Below are positions 11,885-24,103 of a stretch of DNA of 64,000 nucleotides, piece after piece. Both the position numbers and the translations under genes were made by a program. Location of the stretch: positions 124,001 through 188,000 of the forward strand of contig NW_019029000.1 of NCBI RefSeq assembly GCF_002105155.1, read 5' to 3'. This DNA comes from Lobosporangium transversale (taxonomy: Eukaryota). The notes under the pieces were generated by a model that did no database searches, was not told where the DNA came from, and was given only the letters and a program-made list of their open reading frames with translations. Position 1 is the stretch's first letter; each line of letters opens with the position of its first letter.

Positions 11885-14540
11885 ATGGCAGACAGCATCT
11901 ACACCGCTGTCTATTCTGGAGTGCCTGTGTATGAGCTAATGTGCCGCGGCATTGCAGTCATGCGGCGTAAGGAAGACTCTTACTTGAATGCTACCCAGAT
12001 TCTTAAGGTCGCTGGGATAGAGAAGGGAAAGCGTACGAAAATCCTAGAACGGGAAGTGCTCCCTGGCGAACATGAAAAAGTTCAAGGAGGTTACGGCAAG
12101 TACCAAGGAACCTGGTAAATAGAAAAACCACTTTTTTCTTATTATATCATAATTTTTAAATAGACAAAGAGCCTGGGCTTTCATTATACACCCAACCTTA
12201 CACAACACGCGCTTTTTTGTGGTCTTTAGGGTGCCATTTAAGAGGGGAAAGGAGTTGGCAAAGCAATACCAAGTGGAACCCTATTTACGCGGATTGTTTG
12301 AATATGAAATTCCTCCTGGAGAATCTGACACAGTGACCCCTACAAAGGAGATGGTGCATGCGGCACAAAGGGCTAAGGACGGCCCAAAGCAGAAAAAGAA
12401 TTCTGGATCACCTAGAATGAGTCCCGCAGTCAAACATAGTCGAAGCGGTTCAGCCATGCCCTCAGGATCAGCAGGGTCGCAAACATTCCATAATGGTCCT
12501 TCCATGACACCGTCTCCTCTGCATCCTTCTTTTAATGCACCCTCTCCTTCAATTCCACCCTCACCACAGTGGCACACGGAACATCCGCCCAGAAAAAGGC
12601 TACGAACAAATAACTCACCACCACCACTACACGAGTTTGATGATGAAGGGCCTTCCAAATCCACACCAAATCATTTCTTGTCGTTGGAGCAGCATTATCC
12701 TCATTCACAGCGGCAGTACCCGTCTAATCATCCCTATCGCCCCTATCATGGAGATCCATATAGTGAAATGGAATATGAGCGCCAAGAACGTGGATTGATA
12801 CCTTATATAGATCATCCAGTTGACGAGATACCACTTGAAGGAACTGAAAAGTATCGAACGATTATGATGAGTATTTTTTTAAACGACGACCAAGATCAAA
12901 TTCCGGACATCCTAGCAGACCCAATTTCACCACCAGATTTTGATATTAACCTGGTGATCGATGATCAAGGCCATACTGCACTGCATTGGGCTGCGGCGCT
13001 GGCGAGGATATCAATACTGGACCTTCTTGTGCGGAAGCAAGTGGATATACGTCGGGTCAACTATAATGGTGAATCAGCTTTGATCCGCGCAGTCTTGGTT
13101 ACCAATAACTATGACAAACAATCGTTCCCTCATGTACTCAGCTTGCTGTATACAGCCATACCGCTAATTGATCGTAAAAATCGGACTATACTTCATCATA
13201 TTGCTGTTCATGGAGGAATTCGTGGCAGGGAGGCGAGTGCTAGATATTACATGGGTTGCTTATTTGAATGGATTGCACGGCATGGAGGCGATTTCGCATC
13301 AATTGTCGACATCCAAGATAAAAATGGCGATACGGCGTTGACGATCGCTGCCAGAGTTGGGGATCGCTATCTGACCAAGATGTTGCTTGATGTTGGCGCT
13401 AACCGTGAGATAGAGAACAAGGTTGGACTGAGAGCAGGAGATTTTGGCATAGAGGAGCTGGTAAGTAGGCCCCTATGACGGCTATATGAAAGTATAGTAT
13501 GTAGCTTTATGTTTCAGCCATATATATTATTATTCTTAATATGTAAATCATATACATTTACTAATCTTATTCAATTCTTAGTCGGAACTGTCCGGTCCAC
13601 CGCCTCCAGCACGTCCCATCATTCCTGCTTCCGACATGGACACTGAAGAAAGTTCAAAGACTGGCAAGAGAGGCAGGGACTTAATGAATGGTGAGGAAGA
13701 GGAAGCGTAACATGGCCCAAATTCAGCGGATTTATTTACTTTTGTCTTTTAAATGCGAAGGCTAATCGTCCGTTCTTGTAAACTACTCGTAACTCGTATT
13801 TGTTAGTCGTTCAAAAGATGGTAGATGAGCTGGATCTGGAATTTTCGCATGAAATCATGACTAGACAAAGTCAGCTCCAAGATACTCAAACTCTTTTACG
13901 AAATGCGACGAGCGAGCTTTCGGAAATGAGGCGGACACTTAAGAATTGTAGAACCCAAGCACAACAATTGACGGAAGCGCAGCAAAAAATCAAAAATCTG
14001 GAGCTTTCATTAGAAGAGGAATCTCAAAAAACACGTAGTCAAAATGGATATTCGAGCGCATTGCGACAAAAAGATAACACTAGTGATGATATTGATCAGT
14101 ATCTCTCAGTTCCCACGATATCAGCTTCCACTGCTGTTGACAAAGAAGAAAAAGAGGAAGATGCCTCTACGGGGGAAAAAAATTATGGATCGAATGACTA
14201 CCAAGATAGAGAGGCGAAGGCGCGTGAAGAAGTACTCCAGTTGCGTGCTCGAATTTCGGCCTACGAGCAGAATGAAAAAGAGCTCGCGCAAGAACTGGAA
14301 TCGATCAAGGATCAGTCGCTAGATAAGGAGCTTCAATGCCGCAAAGTCATTTCTGTGTGCTGTAACATTCCAATTGAAAAAGTGGATGAAATGCTTGTAC
14401 CACTCACGTTAGCGGTTGAGAGCGATGGGGCAAGTTTAGATCTTTCGAGGGTTGCAGGATTTATGAGTAAAGCCAAGCAACAGGATGCAGTTGCCTTGGC
14501 TCAAAAGGCGTCAGGGACTACGGCACCCAAGCCATTGTAA
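11885..14540 (+). CDS. MBF/SBF cell-cycle transcription factor (APSES/KilA-N plus ankyrin repeats; Mbp1/Res1/Res2-like); 4 exons
   Basis: [49 protein letters not shown]; ankyrins [13 protein letters not shown] and [15 protein letters not shown]-terminal coiled coil. Confidence 0.95.
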
Positions 14541-14636
14541 ATAGTCACCATCATTTCAACTAGCTTAACATTTAATAGTAATCATCATCATTATTCAACT
14601 TCCCACATGGTGGATCCAATACATATATTACTGCTG

Positions 14637-14668
<32 letters not shown>

Positions 14669-14741
14669 GGTTTCTGAAAATAAATATAACACTGTTTAGG
14701 TTACAAAATTGTGCATTGGTGCCAAAAATCTTTCCTTTTTG

Positions 14742-16373
14742 CTATCGCCTCATGCGCTTTTTAAAGCGTTCCATCACAAGATCATCTGTAGCCATGCCAC
14801 GGCCAACGCCGCCTCTGTTGTGTTGACCATATGTGTTCTGGAAGCGATGATTTGCTCCTGTAGCAGAGTCCGAGTGGTTATTGTTGTTGTTCCTGCGATT
14901 GTTTTGCTGATGATGGGAGATGCGCTCGCGATCCGAAGGGATATAGGCAGGTTGTGAGAACTAATTTGGATTCATAAATTAGACATGGAGTTATATTATT
15001 ATTATTATTATTATTATTATTGTTTTTAAAGACTTCTCCAATACGATCCGTAAGGAGTTAATTGACGTATGGGGAATTAGAACAAATCAGTTTTTATTAC
15101 CCTCTCTGGATTGATAGATGTGGTTGTCCGTTCCTCATACAGCTTACGCTTCGCCTTCTCAGTCTCTTCAATGTTCTTAAGCCTTGACCTATTAATGAAA
15201 TCATCCCAGAGTATAAATATTAATAAACCATTGTATAAAAATAGAATTGCTTTTAAAGGTGTTCGTTAATAAAATAAAACTGAAAAAAAAAAAAAAAAAA
15301 AAAAAAAAAAGAAATAAATACTCACTCCATGCCAAGGTCAACCTCAGGGATGGCTGTTAACATTGTGGTCGAGAGTTGAACATTTCCTTCCTGCTCAGGC
15401 TTAGGTGCAGCTTTCTGAAGCGGGGAAAAAAGAAATCTTGCCATTAGTCCAACGAGGTTTAGCAAAAACAAGGCAATATGGATCCAAGGTAAGTTAGAGA
15501 TCTCCATTTATTTTATTTTTTTATTTTTTATTTTTACCTTAATACCAAGTTCATCCAAGATATCAGCGTCGCCATTATAAGTACGGTTTTGTTCTTCAGT
15601 ATTTTCATCTAATGTTGCATTTTCGCCCTTGCGCCTCCTCATCTCTTCTTCAATGTATTTCATCATATGTTTATCAACATCCAGTGCATTGGTTTGCTTA
15701 GTAAAAGAATTTAAAATTCCTGTAGACTTTTGTTCACTAAGGTGAAATTAATGCCCACAAGAGTAAAAAAGAAAATAAAAACATAAAACTGCGGGTTAAC
15801 ATTTTTTTTTCCTTTTTATTTTTTCCTTTTTTTTTTTATTTTATTTATTTTATTAAAAGCAAGTAGAGCATATACTTACCTGTCGTCCTGGTGGTCAACT
15901 AAACGGCCAGTTGAAGAGAGCTTCCAAGGATCAGTAGCCACTATTTTATCCTTCTTCTTCTTCTTCTCTGTTGTATCGCCAATAAGAAGATCTGTTGCCG
16001 CAATTCCTGCTGGGCGTTGACGAAGTTTACGAAGCTCCAGTAACTCTTCCAACCTTTTGGTAGAAAGAAAGAAAGAAAAAAGAAAAATGGAGGAAGGAGG
16101 AAAAGGGAAAGAGGAAATAGCTCCTGATCAAAAACAATATTCCAAACCTCTGATTGACTATGACACTAAAGGGAAAACGTAGACCAACTGTACCCTTGAA
16201 ACATACGTAAGTCCCTCTTTCTCAGCTTCCCTATTCGTCGCTGCGTCTCCTGTAGCGCCAGACGAAGAGGAAGAGGGGGAAGGGGCAAGACCCGATGAAG
16301 AATCTTTATCTGCTTCCTCCTCTGGCGTGGTCTCTCGTTTACGATAATTCCTTCTTTTAGTAACCTTGCTCAT
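14742..16373 (-). CDS. TLS1: TLS1/C9orf78 (HCA59) spliceosome-associated protein, multi-exon
   Basis: Spliced peptides LELRKLRQRPAGI, FTKQTNALDVDKHMMKYIEEEM, MLTAIPEVDLG, RLKNIEETEKAK and ATDDLVMERFKKRMRR*. Confidence 0.9.
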
Positions 16374-16647
16374 TATCGAATATTATGTCACTTGTCACTG
16401 TGTAAAGTTCCTTTGTTTCTTTTGCTTTTTTTTTTTATTGTTGATTTCCTGTGTTTTATTGTAAACTGATGTATATATGCGTTTTTGTGTCCAGATGAGT
16501 TAGAAGAGTGTAGAAAAAAAAAAAGGATGAGTTTTCTTGGCCCTGTGGCTTTGTATAGTTCACACATCCTTCTTTTGGTTTCTCTCCATCGTCCTTAAAT
16601 TCTTCCAAATTAGCATTGAAAGTGACAGAAGATTTTAAGAGTTCGAA

Positions 16648-17912
16648 ATGTCAGATTTCAATATAGCACAGGCCCCAGAGAGCGAAGGAAAACGACTGCC
16701 CAAAGCTGGTGGAGTTTATGTACCTCGCCACCGAAGAGGTACTGACGACAATGCAGAATCTGCTTGGGGATTGGAAGAGTCCAAACAAGGCCCACCCAAT
16801 AACTATAACAGCTCGTCCTCACGCCAACGGTCTTATACCTATGGAAGCAATAATACCAGAAATCAAAGAAGCAATAGTTATAACAATAGTAGTTTTAGAG
16901 GGGAGCCATCAAATGATGACAATTATTCATCTTCCTGGCGTTCTGGAGGCTCAACAAATAGTAGCAACGAAGTTCAACGACGTGGACGAGGAAGATTTAT
17001 GGGGCCTGGAGGGAACGAGCCCTCTCCATCAATAAACAGTGGGAACTTGAAAGGTACCCGAGATTGGGATCGAGATCGAAAGGCCAGAAGTGGTAGCGGC
17101 AATAGAGCTTACAACAATAGCAGCAACAGCAATTATATTAGCCAAAGTAGCAGTGCTAATGACCTACCATCGCAACAGTCGCAGCAACAGCAACAGCAAC
17201 AACAGACAACAGGATCAAGGCCCTCAAAGGGACGAGATTTTGATGCGACAGTATTGAGACGTTATAATGGCGATGAAATTAGATCTACAAGCTTTTCTCG
17301 ATCTGGTAGTTATAATTCAAGTCGATCAAGCAGCAGTGCCAGCAGCAACTACAACAGCAATACCAGTCAGAGCCACTTTTTTTTCAGTTCGTCTTCAGGC
17401 TCAAGACCATCCAATACTTTCAGCAAGAGACCAGATCGAACAGAAGAGAGTTCATGGAGGAGAGACGAAATAAGGAAGCCAGGAGATCAAAATCAACAAG
17501 AGCAATTAAATCATAGCCCTATTGATGATTCAGATACAGGACTCTCTGATATGTTGGATCGGATACGGATTAACGCAGACGAGGACAAGAAAAAGGACGC
17601 TGATGCTGACATCAATAAGAATAATGATAATGACAGCGATAATGATAAGAAAAAGGACAGGGATATAGACAGAGACAAGGATAAGGCTAAGAGCACTGGC
17701 AACGAGAGCTCAGAGGAACTGGAAGATTGGGAATTAGCACTCCAAGATTCGGATGAAGATGCTATTCCTATTCCACGGATAGATAATACCAAGGACATTA
17801 CAAGTACAAAGCCATCAAAACCTCGCCCTGCAGGACATCTCAGCTCCACGTTCTCTAAGAATGAGCCAAAAGCTGGCGGTTGGTCTGAAGGTGCGCGACA
17901 TCATTAATGCGC

Positions 17913-17943
<31 letters not shown>

Positions 17944-18753
17944 CCACGTATTTCTCTATTCAGTAGTGTTTCTTTGCCCTGTAATTCTCAACGTTCTTTT
18001 CTTTTCTTTTCTTTTCACAGCTTCCTGTGATGATATGTATATTCTTGAACTGTACGACTTTTCGCCATCGATTAAAACAGTGCATATCACAGAAATGTTT
18101 TCAGCATTTGAAAACCGGTCAGGAGGATTCCAGATAAAGTGGCTTGATGATACGAAAGCTCTAGTAATATTCGAGTCCGCTGCTATTGGTAGGTGTCGTT
18201 GGAGTCGTCAAGTAAGGAAAAAATCAGGTAATCTTCTACCTGACGTACTAACCATCTTTTCCATTATTATACTCCTCATAATGTACATAAATATACATGT
18301 ATTATGCAGCCAAACAAGCATACATTGCCAATCTCACAAATCAAATAGCAAAAATTAAGCCATACACTGGAGCGGATAAAGAGAGCCTTCGTAATCCAGG
18401 AGGACCATCTAGTGGTTCCTTTAATGGCGTGAGACCTGCTAAAACTGACTCTGTAGCCCGGCGTCTAGTTCAGGGAGCACTTGGTCTGCGGGTGAGGAGA
18501 ACACCAGAACAAATTGCAGAGGAAAAGGCCCTTGTACAGGCTGCTAAAGGTAAGGTCTTAAATACCATATTCATACCCAAGTCAAAGTCTAACATCGATT
18601 AATGGTTTGTAGTCGAGGCTTTCGTCTGACTGATACATTTGTTGTCGCTTAATGTCAAAATTGAAATAATAATATCTAACAGAGGCTCGCGAAGCACAGC
18701 GTCTGGAGCAGCAACGACAGCGGCAGGAGATGGATGCGATCTTTAACTCTTAA
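16648..18753 (+). CDS. R3HCC1/R3HCC1L-like protein: disordered N-terminus plus RRM-like domain
   Basis: ILELYDFSPSIKT..FQIKWLDDTKALVIFES..AKQAY and RPAKTDSVARRLVQGALGLRV match the R3HCC1L C-terminal signature as I recall it. Last exon ends TAA 18751-18753. Confidence 0.75.
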
Positions 18754-18868
18754 GAAAAAATAAGCTTAGCTTGGCTTGAATAGTTCAACTGTAATCAATT
18801 CCACTATTTCAATCATATATATCATCATTATTGCCCAACATGATGCCCATGGTAACCATTACTGCCTT

Positions 18869-20269
18869 CTAATTTACTTCATCTGGTGAATTGAGTGAAT
18901 CTAGCTGATGAATTAGCTCTATAGATGGATATGTCTTGGTATAGGTCGCCTGCAGAACAAACATTTAATAATAAAGCCGATTAGTCTGCGCCTGAACATG
19001 CAGCAAATAGCAGTAATAATAATGGCTTATGTAGCAGCATATACTTACTGTAGCGACATGTTTATAGGTATAAGTGTTCTCAGTTGCATTCCATACAACT
19101 TTCCATTTGGGAGGTGCAGCAGCTTTCTCAATAGTGTACATATACTCAAGCATTTCACCAACGATCCCTCCGTAAGGAGGAGGATTTGTGATTTCAGTAC
19201 TCTTACCCTTGCTTACTCCCTCAGCATGGTCCTCATCCTCGTCATCATCACTATCTACATCCATTTTTGAATCATTAGCCGTCTTCTGTGCCATATATTT
19301 AGCTCTATCCTCTCCTACAAAATATTCTGGCTTCATTCCTCCTTGCTCCCAATCTAGAATCCGAATCGCAAACTCAATGAGCCGGTTTTCCATACTTTGT
19401 TGATCGATCGTGAGACTTGAAAGAAGTGAGAGCTGATATATCCTGCTATAAATGGATTGTACTGTTTGTGTCCGCTGCCATTGCTCCTCCAACTCTATCT
19501 CTCTAAGTGAAGAATGAGTGGCATCGGCAGCTATGGTAGGATCTGACGACGAGTCGAGGGAGAGAGGTTCTAAAGTGACTCCCGGTGGATAGGATTGATC
19601 TTTGTCTGTTAAAGGTATATCATCAATCTCGCGGAGGAATGCGTCAAAGATGAACTGTTGTTCAGTTGTTAGCACTACCGTCCTTGTAAGCTTTGGTGAT
19701 GGGAGACTTTCCTGATCTTTCGATAATGCTGATACTACCGCTGTCCCTGCATCTTCCTGAATCTCAGAATCCTCCGGGTTGCTACCACCAGCTACTACAC
19801 TTTTTGAGGAAGCTGAAGAAGTTTCTATTATAGTTTCGGGAGAAAGAGGATCTTGTGGTTGAGCTTGACCTTGACCTAGAGCTTGAGCTTGAACTTGGGT
19901 TTGTAGTACCGCCGTATCGTCTTCAGATGTTGTGGGCTCCTGAATGTTGGCGGCAAAGCTCTGTAGATCTTTGAGTGCCACAGAAACATAGTCATCATCA
20001 TCATCCCCGCTGCGATCGTTGCTGACAGCTTTGGCAGTAGTGTTGTCTTCAGTCGCCATAGAAATATTTGCATCATTGTTCTGTCCTGAAGTTGCTGCAA
20101 TACCATTATTTTGTTTGTCTTTTGTGAAAGTCAAGGCGGCTGAAGTGGTGGAGGTGGAGGTGGAGGAAAGTCCTTTGGTAATGGCAGCATTGGAAGTATT
20201 GAGGATGGATCTTGATTCTAACTCGGATTCGGATTCGGATTCACTTGAGTACTGAACAAGGCTTTGCAT
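18869..20269 (-). CDS. Acidic, disordered protein with a C-terminal WW-like motif
   Basis: 434-aa ORF ending PPKWKVVWNATENTYTYKHVAT|GTAAGT; short last exon ..TYTKTYPSIELIHQLDSLNSPDEVN*. Confidence 0.7.
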
Positions 20270-20606
20270 TTTTTTTTTTTTTTGTTGTTGTTGTTGTTCG
20301 ATTTACTTGAAAAAAATAAATAAATATAAACCCATACGTGCTGGAATAGATTATTTTGTTCATGGGCAAAGCTTCTTGTTTTATTGGTGCTCTTTATTTT
20401 ATATTAATTGAAATCCTTGCCCATTGAATCGCATCTCAATTTTACTTGAAAAGCTTACTCGTTTACAACATCAGATTCCATCAGACTCACAAACTTCCTG
20501 TATTTTAATATTTTTCATTCTTCTAACAACACACATTCATTCATTCATTCAATCATTTTAAAAAAAGAAAGAATAAAAAAACTTCCATCTTGACGACTTG
20601 AAATCA

Positions 20607-21034
20607 ATGGCCAAGACAATTGAAAAGATGAGCGCGGTTAAGATCCTGACCATCAGTAAAAAGTTGTTCTTTGGTGGATTTTGTCTCCTTCCATTCCTCT
20701 GGGTCTACAACATTCTTTACATTTGGCCTGTCAGGAACCGTAGCGACCTTAATCCAAAAGTGCGACAGTGTATGTGAGATGTGTCCCATTTTGAACCACG
20801 ATGACACTCGCTGCCATCATTTTGCATGTTTTTAAATAGAAGCATCGCTAATTTTTTCTTTTTAAAAATGCTCTACACTTGTTATTCATGAACAAAGATC
20901 TATTAATGTCAGGAATTATGGCAGCAGTGCTCTTTGTTATATTTGCCGCTTGGTTTGGTGTCTTCGTAAACCATCGCCTGCAATGGGGTGAAACAGGAGA
21001 CCTGCTGACAGTTGTTCTTGTCAAAGGTGTATGA
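20607..21034 (+). CDS. PSENEN: Gamma-secretase subunit PEN-2 homologue; exons 20607-20769 and 20898-21034; missing from the ORF track
   Basis: Spliced product MAKTIEKMSAVKILTISKKLFFGGFCLLPFLWVYNILYIWPVRNRSDLNPKVRQYLLMSGIMAAVLFVIFAAWFGVFVNHRLQWGETGDLLTVVLVKGV* carries the GGFxxLPFLWxxN and RxxWGxxGDxL PEN-2 signatures. Confidence 0.92.
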
Positions 21035-23420
21035 AACGATCAGCAGCTATCAACTGATCACCCATCCATGTACAACAATCTTTTTATAATAAAAAGTTTA
21101 TATATCATATTAGATTTAATATCTTCATTTCACTCTTCTTTGTATAATACATATATTTATTATATGTTGTGATACCTTCAGACTTGGTAAAGTCACTTAA
21201 CAGCTGTTGTGGGATGCATAATATTATAAATATATATATATATAAATGTATATATATACTATAAAAAGTCTTGCAGGTATAAATTATGCTCTATGTTTAG
21301 TCGAAAACAAAAAAAGTTATAATTTAGTTACCAGAAATAAAGTACAGTCGCACTTTATACCCCTTCATATTTCCCAAGAAAGGCGGATTTGATCTGCCAT
21401 GCAAGGGCTCACTTGGGCGAGCTTGCAGCTGTGTAAAGAATGGTGGGGATTCTTTTGAAGCAATTATATCCATCCCAAGGCACACTTGGTCACAAATTCT
21501 TCTGGAGCGAGGATGTAAATGTATTTTTCCAAGTGGAATTGTCGATAGCTTTGACATGGCCTGTGCGTTTGTGCGCCATGACTGGCATGGCAGTCCCTCG
21601 TCACGGTATTCTGATGAATCCGCATTTGGAAAGAGAAAAAGGGGGATTTTGTAGAGACACCAGCTTCAGGATTAGGGGTGTTTTACACAAATGATGCGCA
21701 GATCACATGCGGTCAAGAAATATTCCACAAAAGAAAAGTCATGAAACAGGCAAACACTTTATTCTTTTATGATTTTTTTTTTTTTTTTTTTTTTGATGGC
21801 CGAGATTATTCAGCAACAGAGAATGGAAAAGTGAGAAAGGTGAGGAAAAGAGGAGAAAGAATAATTACAAGAGCTTTTTTTTTTTTTTTTTGAGAAAGTG
21901 GCTTTTTTTTTTTTTTGCATCATCACATCATATCAGCAGAACAGTGCAGAAAAAAAGAGAGCAGACGCTGTGGAAGGCTTCAAAGCAAAAAAATAAGGCG
22001 TATCATCTTTTTTTGTCTCTTTCCTCCTCTTGCTCCCCCCCTCTCTTCTTTTTCCATTCACTCCTACACAAATCACAAAATATAGTCCAGTGTCTCCAAT
22101 ATTACAATTATCTCCTTGTTGCCCTTGCTTATTTTAGTAGCCTTCCTTGACTTGACATTGACCCTCATTGACTTTCTGACTGCGGTTGCAGTGCGCTGTC
22201 CTCTCTCCCTTGCAGCCCAAGCCAACACAGTCAGCTAATCTAGTTTCACCCACCCTCTCGGTTTTTTTTTTTCTCTTCTCCACAGTCCCAAAGTCCAAGT
22301 GTGTACTTCATCTCATCATAATCCCATCTTTACTTTTCTCTAGTGATCTTTCTTTCTTTCTATTCCTTATTCTGTATCCACATATACACACACTAGACAC
22401 GCATACAATTCTCATCTGCTCTTATCACATTCACTTTCATTCTCAATCTCATTCTTCTTCCTTCATTCCTGTTCTTATCCCAACCTTATTTGTCCACCCA
22501 CATTTTAATTCTTTTGTTTCCTGGTGACAAGCGTCATCTCTTTTTGGCCATCTTACATTAAATCCATCCAAATACTTGAAACACTTTTGTCTCTCTCCCT
22601 CTCTCTCTCTTTCTCTCTTGTCCTTTCCCGTTTCGGTAAGATTTCTTGATCAATTGTATATTTATAAAGAATGATTCTCTGCTCATTACTACAGCACATT
22701 CCGATCGGATAAGGGTTGGATGGGGAAGGCGGGATATTCAATTGTCCCGTTTAATATTTTTTGTTTTAAAATTTATCATTCATGCTGGAATACGCCTATT
22801 TCTTTCCTTTTTAATGTGTTTCTTCCCGTGCGTAATTCCATTTGTGGGTCTTTTTGTTCGTCTTTTGATGGAGGACGAAAGAAAAAGAAAAAAACATACG
22901 CCACCATTTTTAGCCACCTTTCTGAAGCTCTACATTTTCTTGCCTTCCTTTGCTCCTTTCGAAAGATATCATTTGCTAAATGATAAAAGGGGTAGTAGTC
23001 TTGCTGTATTGCAGTCATAATTATAACCAGAATCAATGTAATAATGAGTGAAGACGGAAAAAAAAGTTTGGAGGAAGGGAGCTTTGTTAGCCTCCTTGTG
23101 TGTTCGAAAGCGAGCAAAGTGGGTGTGTAGCATTGGGATCTTGGCTCAATACAAGGACCATGTACTTCTGTTTTTGCTCTTTTTATTTTTTTTTACAAGT
23201 TCTTCACTTCCAAGGACCAATTTCACCTAAAAGCAGTAGACCCTTGTACTCCTTCTAAATTTGTCATTCTTCCATAATAACTCTTCTTGAGATCACATTG
23301 AGGATGTGTTCCTGCAAAACTGCCATGGTACATCGGGGTATCCCAGATTAGTATCTCTTCACGCCAATTAACTGATATCTTCTTACATCCTCTGTCTTAG
23401 CTTTTTAAAAATTATTATTA

Positions 23421-24071
23421 ATGGATCCCAGTCGGCTGCAGCGACCTCATAGCGTCCAATCTCCACCAACCCCACCTAGTCTTCCTCAGTCCTCCTCGAC
23501 TACTACTTCTTCCTCCTCCACTTCTACCAGAGCAGCGCGTTCATCTCTTCATCGTCCGACATCTACTCATACCGATACCGAGATGACAGGGGGTAAACTT
23601 ACCACAGAGCATATTGGTACCAATCATGGACGACACAACGACAGGCAACAACACTCCAGCCGCCGAACCTCGTATTCTTCTTCGGTGTCCACTGCGCCAT
23701 CGCATCGCCGCCAACCCATCTCGACCACATTCTCATTGGCACCTACGACCACAACAACTGTCGTGACCACAACTACGACGACATCGACTGAATATCCTCC
23801 ACTCTATTTCAGACCACCGCCTATACCCGCTCACCTCGATCCAAAGATTTTTCCTCTTGCAGAGACCCCAACCCCTCCTGCGCTGAAAAAGTTTTGCTTC
23901 GATCTGAATGGACAACCAACCTTCTTCAGAGAAAATCAGGAGAGCGAACAGACCATGGGACAGGTATGCAATCCTGGATCAAGTATTTTGGTTTATTGCT
24001 GCGCATATTACTTTTTTTTTTTTTTTTTTTTTTTTTGGTAGTGTGCTGGTACTAAAGTATGTCCTTATTCG

Positions 24072-24103
<32 letters not shown>

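Noticed and set aside
21300..21700. Short ORFs between PEN-2 and CDC4
   Set aside because: No recognisable motif or splice structure.
21678..23230. Numerous Phe/Lys-rich ORFs here and elsewhere in the ORF track
   Set aside because: Artefacts of poly-T/poly-A and CT-rich UTR or intron sequence, or antisense shadows of real genes.
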